Source of the DNA: Lacibacter sp.
Lineage (GTDB): Bacteria; Bacteroidota; Bacteroidia; Chitinophagales; Chitinophagaceae
Direction: 5' to 3'
Length of the DNA: 64,000 bases
NCBI GenBank assembly: GCA_047601965.1
Contig: JASGIJ010000001.1
Coordinates: forward strand, 3,064,360-3,128,359
Shown here: positions 56,192 through 64,000 of the stretch, in pieces
How positions within the stretch are numbered: the stretch's first letter is position 1
How the letters are laid out: every line of letters begins with the position of its first letter
Made by a program: the position numbers and the translations under genes
Notes under the pieces: model-generated
Told to the model about the DNA's origin: nothing
The model's database searches: none
Seen by the model: only the letters and a program-made list of their open reading frames with translations

Positions 56192-58690
56192 TTACTGAAA
56201 AATCAATTCATATTTCTTTCCCTTCACAGTGTTTAAATCATATTCAAAAAAATGCATTGATGCCTCACCGGGTTTTGCAGAAGGAGAAATCAATGGCTTT
56301 TTAATCGTTTCCACTGTATAAAATGGATTTGGGTTTACTCCTGTTGCTTTCGGAAGTTTTAATTTTGTTTCATCGGGCCGGTTGCTTAACCGGAGTCTGC
56401 AATTACCGCCAAGACCAGAAACGATTGTTGCTTTATACAATTTTCCATCCTTCCATTCAATATCAATTGTAAAACCTCCTCTTGCTTTTAAACCTGTTAC
56501 TTTTCCATTAAGCCATTTCGAGGGTAACGCAGGTAATAACTCAACAGCACCATCCTGGCTCTGAAGCAGCATTTCAGCAATGCCGGCTGTGCAGCCAAAG
56601 TTTCCATCAATCTGAAAAGGAGGGTGTGCATCAAAAAGATTGTTGTAAGTGCCGCCTGTTTCACTGCCATTGGGCTGAACAGATGGCGTTAACTGATCGG
56701 TAATTAATTTATAGGCATGGTTACCATCTTTCATTCTTGCCCAGAAGTTTACTTTCCAGCCCATGCTCCATCCTGTTGATATATCTCCCCTTGAAGTCAA
56801 TGTAACTTTTGCAGCATTAAAAAGATCAGGTGTATGAAAAGGCGATATCTGGCACGAAGGATACAATCCGTATAAATGAGAAATATGACGATGCGTATCA
56901 TTTGGTTTATCCCAATCGTTGAGCCACTCCTGCAACTGACCAAATTTTCCGATCTGCATTGGTGGCAGTTTTTCTCTTTTCTGCATTAATGTATCAACAA
57001 ATGTTTTGTCAGTATTTAAAACTGTTGCAGCCCTGATAACGTTGGAAAGTAATTCAAACACAATCTGGTTATCCATTGTTGTTCCTGCAGTAATTGAAAC
57101 GCTTTGTTTTTTTACGCTATCAACAGCATATTGCATGTAAGAATTTTCAGGACTCATGGATGGAGCAACTACCAGCCATTTATGATCCGGTTCTTCAGCT
57201 AATATATCAGCATAAAATACAGCGGCATCTCTCATAACCGGGTAATACTCTTTCAGGAAATTTTTATCGCCAGTGTATAAATAATGCTCCCAGATATGCC
57301 GGCTCAGCCATGCTCCGCCCATTGGCCATACACCATAAAAACCACCATCAACCGGACCAGTGATACGCCACAAATCTGTGTTATGATGTGTAACCCATCC
57401 TTTTGCATTATAAATTTTTGCAGCAGCTTCACGACCTGTAACAGATAGTTCCCTTGTCATCTTAAACAACGGATCTGATAATTCGGGCAATGCGGTTACT
57501 TCGCTGGGCCAGTAGTTCATTTCCGTATTTATATTGATAGTGTACTTGCTGTCCCAAGGTGGATTTGTGCGATCGTTCCATTTTCCCTGCAGGTTAGCCG
57601 GCTGATTTCCCGGTTGTGAAGACGAGATTAAAAGATAACGACCATACTGAAAATATAAACTCACCAGCTGCGGATCATTACCTTCTTTAAAATTTAGTAT
57701 GCGCTCATTTGTCGGCATCGCTGCTGCAGCTGTTGTACCAAGATTCAGTTCCACTCTTTTAAAGAACTGGCTATATGCGTTAACATGATTTTGTTTTAGC
57801 TGTGCATAAGGAATTTTACACGCTGTATTTAACGGAATCATTGCAGCATTAAAAGGATCTTCCTTTTTAATGGTTTTATAATCCTTAAAGTTGCTGGCAA
57901 TTGAAATGTAAAACACTACACTGCTTGCATTACGGATATTGATTGAGCTGTCTGTATAACTGAGTTCACCCCCATCACTAACAGGTTTTACAATTAAATT
58001 ATACTTAATTAAAGAGCTGATCTGCTCCTGGTCTTTCGGTGTTCCTTCACCTATGATACATTGATACTCTTTACTTGTTCTGATTGATTTTTTTGAATGG
58101 GGTATTGTTACCGCTGCATTACAATTAATCACTCCTGCTTTGCTGGCAGAAATCCTGATAACAATTACTCTTTCATTTAAAGAAGCAAACGCCTCATGTG
58201 TATATGTTACACCATTTACCACATAAGTTGTTTTTGTAACAGCTTTAGAAATATCCAGCTCTCTCCTGTAATTGCTGTAAACTTCATGTCCCGGCATATA
58301 AATCATTAAGTCGCCAGCGGGCTGGTATGACATGCCGTTTTGTTTAGCTGTCATTTTCTGCAACGAAAGTTTTTGAGCTTCCGCATATTTTTTTTCAAAC
58401 AGCAACTGCCTCAAGCGTGTAACAACAGCTCCCATGCTATCGTTAATATTATTATGAGGCGCCCCTGCCCATATTGTTTCTTCATTTAACTGCAGCCGCT
58501 CTGCAGAAGGATTTCCAAATACCATTGCGGCAAGGCTTCCGTTTCCTATTGGCAATGCTTCGTTCCAGTTTGCAGACGGTTGTTTATACCAAAGCTTCAT
58601 GTTGTTTTGCTGAGACATTGCAAAACCATTCAAAAGCAGAAAGCAGGTAAGCAACAGGACATTTTTTCTGTTGTTCATTTTGTTTTTCAT
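56192..58690 (-). CDS. GH95 family glycoside hydrolase (alpha-L-fucosidase/galactosidase type)
   Basis: 832 aa. [27 protein letters not shown]....[13 protein letters not shown] is the typical GH95 N-terminus. It also has NLQGKWN and a central (alpha/alpha)6 region. Confidence 0.88.
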   Translation of the reverse strand: MKNKMNNRKNVLLLTCFLLLNGFAMSQQNNMKLWYKQPSANWNEALPIGNGSLAAMVFGNPSAERLQLNEETIWAGAPHNNINDSMGAVVTRLRQLLFEKKYAEAQKLSLQKMTAKQNGMSYQPAGDLMIYMPGHEVYSNYRRELDISKAVTKTTYVVNGVTYTHEAFASLNERVIVIRISASKAGVINCNAAVTIPHSKKSIRTSKEYQCIIGEGTPKDQEQISSLIKYNLIVKPVSDGGELSYTDSSINIRNASSVVFYISIASNFKDYKTIKKEDPFNAAMIPLNTACKIPYAQLKQNHVNAYSQFFKRVELNLGTTAAAAMPTNERILNFKEGNDPQLVSLYFQYGRYLLISSSQPGNQPANLQGKWNDRTNPPWDSKYTININTEMNYWPSEVTALPELSDPLFKMTRELSVTGREAAAKIYNAKGWVTHHNTDLWRITGPVDGGFYGVWPMGGAWLSRHIWEHYLYTGDKNFLKEYYPVMRDAAVFYADILAEEPDHKWLVVAPSMSPENSYMQYAVDSVKKQSVSITAGTTMDNQIVFELLSNVIRAATVLNTDKTFVDTLMQKREKLPPMQIGKFGQLQEWLNDWDKPNDTHRHISHLYGLYPSCQISPFHTPDLFNAAKVTLTSRGDISTGWSMGWKVNFWARMKDGNHAYKLITDQLTPSVQPNGSETGGTYNNLFDAHPPFQIDGNFGCTAGIAEMLLQSQDGAVELLPALPSKWLNGKVTGLKARGGFTIDIEWKDGKLYKATIVSGLGGNCRLRLSNRPDETKLKLPKATGVNPNPFYTVETIKKPLISPSAKPGEASMHFFEYDLNTVKGKKYELIFQ

Positions 58691-58704
58691 TTATTCTTTT
58701 TAAT

Positions 58705-60588
58705 TCATTTTAACGGAATCCAACCCTTCAGCACATTCTGCAAAGTATAGTTCCTGGCTTCTTCTGCAGTAAGCATTTTAGCCCATTCAACACGTTTTGA
58801 TGGATCGGATGATGGGCCATAGTTATTAAACTCAGCGTAGCGTGTTGTTTTATAATTCTCCGTGTTATTCCAGTTGCTCCATCCTTCGGGTTTGATAATG
58901 CTGCCGATATAACAATCCATGTAAGTAACACTTGCAAAGGGTCGCCACGGCCGGCCAAGTGAAACACTGTGCAATGATGTATCGCCTTCAATCCTGCATT
59001 GATGAAACACATAACCAAAGGGATTTTCTTTTGGCGTGGATGCTGCAGTTACATGCGAATTCTTTTTGCAGTAAATAAAACAGTTTTCGAACCATGCAGT
59101 TGATGAGCCGAAGATAAAATCGGTTGTTCCTTCAATGTAACAGTGTTCATAATACTGCCTGCTTTTTTCATTGTTGGTGAACAGCACATCCTGAAAGCCG
59201 ATAAAACGGCAATTGATGAACACAGCTTTATCGCCATCCGATTCCAATGCAACCGCCTGTCCTGCAGTAAAGCCTGCATCATTCTGAATCGTTACATCTT
59301 TTGCAGTAAAGTTGGCAGCGAGTATTTTAAAACTCCACGATGTTCTTGTATCAATTGATTTACCGTTCGGGCCAATCATTCCTGCATGATCGTTGTACGT
59401 AAGCACTGTGTTCAGCTTATCCTCACCAATCAACGTAATAAATTGTTTTGTTGAATCAACCAGTATCTTTTCTTTATAAATTCCCTTCTTAATTAAAATA
59501 GTAATTGGTTTTACATTGTTAACCGGCACTGCATTAATGGCTTCCTGCACCGTTGTAAAATCGCCATCGCCGCTTTGTGATACAATAATTGTTTTTGTTG
59601 CGTAGTGTTTTGAAGGAAATATCTTTTTCAAAAACCTGTCCATATACACAACTGTTGTATCAAACCATGGATGAAACAACAAAAAAGTATGTGGTGAACC
59701 TTCCAATGTATTTACTTCAGCATAGGTGTTATACTTTTTCAGCACTGCAATAAAATCTTCCCGCCCTGTATGCATGCGTTCAACACTGCTGTTGATGAAT
59801 TGAAATGGAGGTGTATGCTTGCCTACATGCTTCAGCGGACTTGCTTCTTTCCACAGTTCAATGTTCTCTGTTTTTTTATAGCCGAACCAATAGGTTCCTG
59901 CTGATGGACCTTTGCTTTCATCGGGCACAGCATCAGCTGGCAAATAAAACGATAATGTTCCGTCAAGATCAATTACTGCATTTACCTTACTGGAAATTTC
60001 TTTGTAACAACCATTGCCTTCATACGCTTTCATTCCGTTGGTGGCGCCCATAAAAGCAGCAAGTTCTCCGCCGGCTGAATGACCTGCTATCACAATTTTA
60101 TTTGGATCAACATGATACTTCGCTGCATTTTTTCTCACCCAGCGAATGGCTGATTTTACATCATATACTGCAGCAGGATACAATGCTTCAGTCGACAAAC
60201 GGTATTCAGGTGTAAAACATACATAACCCAATGAAGCCAGTTCCTGCATTAATGGATGATGCATGGATTTATCGCCACTTCTCCACCCACCACCATGAAT
60301 AAAGATGATGGCTGTTTTCAATACAGTTGTTTTTGCAAGAGGAGAAAACACATCCATTTTTAACTGCCGCTTATTCATGCTGCAGTAAACAAGATCCTTT
60401 TCTTCTTTTACGGAAGGATAAGAAAAGCCTTCAGCTATTTTCAGCTGCGGATAATTCTTGCTATGCTTCCTGTATTCGTTCTGTATGTTGTACGATGTGT
60501 CTTTTATTCCTGTAGGACCGGCAGTGAGCTGTGCTTTTACAGAAGAATATAAAACGAGCAATGACAATAAAATAAAACTCTTCTTCAT
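58705..60588 (-). CDS. fusion protein: alpha/beta hydrolase esterase (N) plus CE8 pectinesterase (C)
   Basis: 627 aa. N-terminal half: HGGGWRSG and GHSAGG. C-terminal half: GQAVAL, GFQDVLF, DFIFG and LGRPW. Its ATG shares one base with the upstream stop (TAATG). Confidence 0.9.
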   Translation of the reverse strand: MKKSFILLSLLVLYSSVKAQLTAGPTGIKDTSYNIQNEYRKHSKNYPQLKIAEGFSYPSVKEEKDLVYCSMNKRQLKMDVFSPLAKTTVLKTAIIFIHGGGWRSGDKSMHHPLMQELASLGYVCFTPEYRLSTEALYPAAVYDVKSAIRWVRKNAAKYHVDPNKIVIAGHSAGGELAAFMGATNGMKAYEGNGCYKEISSKVNAVIDLDGTLSFYLPADAVPDESKGPSAGTYWFGYKKTENIELWKEASPLKHVGKHTPPFQFINSSVERMHTGREDFIAVLKKYNTYAEVNTLEGSPHTFLLFHPWFDTTVVYMDRFLKKIFPSKHYATKTIIVSQSGDGDFTTVQEAINAVPVNNVKPITILIKKGIYKEKILVDSTKQFITLIGEDKLNTVLTYNDHAGMIGPNGKSIDTRTSWSFKILAANFTAKDVTIQNDAGFTAGQAVALESDGDKAVFINCRFIGFQDVLFTNNEKSRQYYEHCYIEGTTDFIFGSSTAWFENCFIYCKKNSHVTAASTPKENPFGYVFHQCRIEGDTSLHSVSLGRPWRPFASVTYMDCYIGSIIKPEGWSNWNNTENYKTTRYAEFNNYGPSSDPSKRVEWAKMLTAEEARNYTLQNVLKGWIPLK

Positions 60589-61517
60589 TATTTAAACGGG
60601 ACAGGAGTTACTAATTTCATTTCCTTTAACCAAAGTTCCAGCAGGTTCATCCACAAATCGGTTGAGCCGGGATTTTCATCCAGCCTTATACCATGACCGC
60701 CCTGCGGAAAAATATGAATACTTGCATTTACTTTTTTGCTGATCAGCGCTTCATAAAACATCAAACTGTTCTGCACTTTTACTGTACTGTCGTTTAATGC
60801 ATGCACCATAAACGTTGGTGCTGTAAACGATGTTACCTGCAGCTCATTTGAAAACAATTCCACATTGGCAGCAGTTGTATCAGCTCCAAGAAAATTCTTT
60901 TTACTTCCTGCATGTGCCAGTTTGCCCATTGTAATAACTGGAGAGAGCAACACCATAAAATCAGGGCGGTAACTGTATTTATCCAATGTATCGTTTACAA
61001 GTGATTCATCTTTTACATGCGTGCCTAATGTGCTGGCCACATGTCCGCCTGCACTGATGCCCATCACTCCAATTTTATCCGGCAGAATATTCAATGATGC
61101 TGCTTTTGAACGGATAAGTTTCATGGCACGTTGTGCATCCTGAACAGGACCAATCTGTTTGTTCACCAGATCGGCCTGGTGAGGCAAACGATGAATCAAC
61201 ACAAATACATTTATGCCAAGACTATTGTACCATTTTGCGAAGTTGAATCCATTGTACAAATAGGAAAGACGTTCGTAGCCACCACCAGGAACAATCAAAA
61301 CAGATGTTCCTGTATTTTCAGCTTTATTAACAAGAAAAGAATAGATACCAGGAGTTGCCACACGCCAGATGCGTTCGTTAAACAAACTATCTGTTACTTT
61401 CTTTCCATTATAATTCGGTTTCTTTCCGTTTTGCCAAAGAGGAATAAACTCCTGTGATTTTACAAGGAAAGAAAACTGAATGAAAAGAAGAAGCAGTACA
61501 ACTTTTTTAATCATCAT
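60588..61517 (-). CDS. alpha/beta hydrolase (acetyl-esterase-like), secreted
   Basis: 309 aa with a signal peptide, VPGGGY, GISAGGH and C-terminal GGHGI. Confidence 0.8.
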   Translation of the reverse strand: MMIKKVVLLLLFIQFSFLVKSQEFIPLWQNGKKPNYNGKKVTDSLFNERIWRVATPGIYSFLVNKAENTGTSVLIVPGGGYERLSYLYNGFNFAKWYNSLGINVFVLIHRLPHQADLVNKQIGPVQDAQRAMKLIRSKAASLNILPDKIGVMGISAGGHVASTLGTHVKDESLVNDTLDKYSYRPDFMVLLSPVITMGKLAHAGSKKNFLGADTTAANVELFSNELQVTSFTAPTFMVHALNDSTVKVQNSLMFYEALISKKVNASIHIFPQGGHGIRLDENPGSTDLWMNLLELWLKEMKLVTPVPFK

Positions 61518-62561
61518 TTATTTTTTAACCGGCCATTCAAACTGTTTTGCTTCAGTTTTAAACCATCCTGTTTCATCAGTAACCCATGCGCCGCAATTAG
61601 AGAAGATTGTTTCAAGTGTATATTCTTTTGCTTCTTTATCGCTTAACTGTTTGCTCCATTTTGCACGTTGTGCAGTTGCTGCACCTTCTCCTGTGCATTT
61701 ATACTCAGCACAAAAAACAGTTGTTTCATTTTGCGGATTTCCCCAGTTATTCCATCCTTCGGGAACAATTTCCTTTGGCAATTCACAACGGATGAAGACA
61801 GTTTTTGCATGTGCACGCCACGGTCGCCCCAGTGTAATTTTTGTTGCAGCGGTATCGGCAAGTATTTTACAATCGAGAAATACATAACCAAATTTTTTGC
61901 CGGGAGTTGTGCTGGCTGCAGTAATAAACGAGTTTGTTTTTTCTTTGATGGTGCAATTTTGAAATACAGCAGTTGATGGACCGAAAATAAAATCGGTTGT
62001 TCCTTCAATGTAACAATCCTGGAACAGTTGCCTTGATTGCTCGCCTGCTGCAAAAATGGTATCCTGGTTGCCCAGAAAACGACAGTTTTTGAAAACAGCT
62101 TTATCTGCATCAACATACAATGCAACTGCTTGTCCCACCGGACCAGCTGAATTGGCAAACGTAATATTCTCAGCCCTGAAACGGTTGCCGGAAATTTTTG
62201 CTGTAGCTGAAGTAAACGTTGTGAGCTTTCCCCTGCCTGAATAATCATTAAAAGTGATGATGGTTTTCTCCACACTTTCTCCAATGAAAATTACATCGGT
62301 GTTGGTGGCAGGTAATTCAATCTTCTCATTATACACACCGTTCTTAATGTACAAGGTAATTGGTGCCAGCGGGTAAACACGCATGGCATCAATGGCATCC
62401 TGTATGTATTTAAAATCGCCGCTGCCATCTTTCGCAACAGTGAATACGTATTTGTATTGCTGCGGATTGGATGTTTGTGCAGTTAGCTGCATACTGCAAA
62501 CCAATGCAGCAAGAATAACAAAAAGATTCTTTGTTCTTTTTTTTAGTGTACGACTATACAT
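61518..62561 (-). CDS. pectinesterase (CE8), secreted
   Basis: 347 aa with GQAVAL, GNQDTIF, DFIFG and LGRPW. Its stop directly abuts the next start. Confidence 0.9.
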   Translation of the reverse strand: MYSRTLKKRTKNLFVILAALVCSMQLTAQTSNPQQYKYVFTVAKDGSGDFKYIQDAIDAMRVYPLAPITLYIKNGVYNEKIELPATNTDVIFIGESVEKTIITFNDYSGRGKLTTFTSATAKISGNRFRAENITFANSAGPVGQAVALYVDADKAVFKNCRFLGNQDTIFAAGEQSRQLFQDCYIEGTTDFIFGPSTAVFQNCTIKEKTNSFITAASTTPGKKFGYVFLDCKILADTAATKITLGRPWRAHAKTVFIRCELPKEIVPEGWNNWGNPQNETTVFCAEYKCTGEGAATAQRAKWSKQLSDKEAKEYTLETIFSNCGAWVTDETGWFKTEAKQFEWPVKK

Positions 62562-64000
62562 TTTAAAATAACCTGTTTTTTATCGGAGAGATAATGAATA
62601 AAATACTGACCCTGCGGCAGATTGTTTACATCAACTGATGTTATTACTGAATTAACCGGCACTTTCCACTCAGCCACTTTAATTCCAAGCATTGAATATA
62701 TACTGATGGAAGTATTGGTACTGCTGCGTGGATGTTTAATGTAAATTTTATTTGCCGATGGATTTGGATACAAAGCGAAATCCTGCGCAATCATATTATC
62801 GCTCACTGCTGTAGGTACATTTGCTGTTGCTGATCCTTTTGCAATTACGTCTTTTAATTGTGCATACCTGCCTGCACTTGTACTGCCGCAACTGTAATAA
62901 AGTCTGACGGAAAGAGTTTGTCCGGTCAGCAAAGTAACCCCTGTTGATCCATTCAACGGGAAACGATAAACAGCAGATGCACCATTGTTATCCTGTGTTA
63001 ATACTTTCTGTGTTGCAAATGAATAACCTGTTACTTCTGTTGAATCGTTTGCAAATCCGCTGACAGAGTACACGACTGCAATTTTAATATTACTGCTTGA
63101 ACCATAGAAGGCAGTATTAAACATTAAACTGTCAACTCTCACTGTATAATCTGTGGCTGCAGTAATTGTAAACTGTTCGTAATTGGTTCTGTTCAGGTTA
63201 CCACCCGGCCCGCCGGAAGCTGTTGTCCAGTAGCCATCAGCAGTAGCAGCAAACGCCTGACCTCTTGCAGAAGAATAAGGCAAAACTGTTGAAACCGTAA
63301 CAGCATTCGATACAGCAAACCTGCTGAACGTTGGGGAACTTGCGTTAACACCTGCTGAACGTACAGCTGCACTATCCTGTTCATTTTGTGTAAATGGCCA
63401 GTGTTGTAATACTCCTGATATCTGAACCGGATCAGCTTGTATTGTTCCCCTTACTGCCACCAATACTGTATCTGCCAACGTGGAACTATGAATAATATTA
63501 TCATTATATGTTCCAACAGTGTTGCCATTTAACCGCAGCAGCAATGTTGTGTTTGAAACTGTTCCGCCGGTTGGCTTTAATCCTAATGGAGCAGAATGGT
63601 TAAACCATGTTGTACCTCCATCAGACGATATTTCATAATTCACCGGTGGAACAATTTTTATACTGTCAATAATATTTAAACCGGAAACAAGATAGGTTTG
63701 TGTGGTTGATGGCGTACCTGTCCCCTGTAGAAAATCAGAGAATGCTGATGTTACAGAAATAAAAGGTTTGCTTGAAAGCACTGCTGTATCTGAGGTTGTT
63801 GAAGTAAAGCCCGGTTTTGATAAACGAACAATATAGTAATAAGTATTTCCCGGAGAAGGAACATTATCCGCATAAATAAAATTACATGCCGAATCTTCGT
63901 TGCTGATCTGCGTATTGATTAAACTGAAATTTTGTTTATCAGAACTCCTGTACAGATCACATTGTATTCCGCTCACCGGCCAGGTAACATTCCATGTAAC
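62543..64000 (-). CDS. T9SS C-terminal-sorting-domain protein; N-terminus beyond the window end
   Basis: The frame is open through 64000 (upstream codons read VTWNVTWP before the tracked GTG). The last ~75 aa (FALYPNPSANKIYI...LPQGQYFIHYLSDK) match the Por secretion tail pattern. The body is a Ser/Thr/Asn-rich beta-type sequence. Confidence 0.8.
   Translation of the reverse strand, partial: VTWNVTWPVSGIQCDLYRSSDKQNFSLINTQISNEDSACNFIYADNVPSPGNTYYYIVRLSKPGFTSTTSDTAVLSSKPFISVTSAFSDFLQGTGTPSTTQTYLVSGLNIIDSIKIVPPVNYEISSDGGTTWFNHSAPLGLKPTGGTVSNTTLLLRLNGNTVGTYNDNIIHSSTLADTVLVAVRGTIQADPVQISGVLQHWPFTQNEQDSAAVRSAGVNASSPTFSRFAVSNAVTVSTVLPYSSARGQAFAATADGYWTTASGGPGGNLNRTNYEQFTITAATDYTVRVDSLMFNTAFYGSSSNIKIAVVYSVSGFANDSTEVTGYSFATQKVLTQDNNGASAVYRFPLNGSTGVTLLTGQTLSVRLYYSCGSTSAGRYAQLKDVIAKGSATANVPTAVSDNMIAQDFALYPNPSANKIYIKHPRSSTNTSISIYSMLGIKVAEWKVPVNSVITSVDVNNLPQGQYFIHYLSDKKQVILKCIVVH

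Overview
This is a Bacteroidota-type chromosome segment. Support: a SusC/SusD pair, a T9SS C-terminal sorting domain, TAnnTTTG-like -7 boxes and no Shine-Dalgarno dependence. A Chitinophagia or Sphingobacteriia origin is only an inference. The window has four parts. (i) 1.5-11.3 kb, all minus strand: ECF sigma, FecR anti-sigma, STN-domain SusC and SusD, followed by an alpha/beta esterase, a CE8 pectinesterase and a CE12-like rhamnogalacturonan acetylesterase. This is the sensing and uptake end of a pectin utilisation locus. (ii) 11.4-35.7 kb: housekeeping genes, including recX, rplM-rpsI-rpsB-tsf, gmk, a CNNM/hemolysin-family protein, tatC, rpiB, an M28 peptidase, a LOG-family protein, sugar-nucleotide/LPS genes, recQ and tRNA-Phe. 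(iii) 35.7-38.5 kb, directly after tRNA-Phe: a coding-poor islet. It holds a strictly phased 21-bp repeat array, a 254-bp imperfect palindrome with 29-nt terminal arms, an IS200-like/RAYT-like Y1 (HUH) transposase divergent from an unknown 112-aa ORF, and a ~79-bp REP-like tandem array. This is the most unusual part of the window. (iv) 38.5-64 kb, all minus strand: a hexuronate catabolism operon (uxaC-kduD-kduI-kdgK-yhcH-like-eda-exuT). Upstream of it lie GH105, GH28, GH43, GH95, three alpha/beta esterases, two CE8 domains (one fused to an esterase), a T9SS-sorted protein, and a tightly coupled exported triad (TAT-signal Gfo/Idh/MocA oxidoreductase, DUF6807/PmoA-like, NTF2-like) of unknown role. 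Three genes (zinc metalloprotease, exuT, GH28) are each broken by a single-base indel in a short homopolymer. These may be assembly errors rather than biology. No CRISPR array, rRNA gene, integrase or recognisable defence system was seen.
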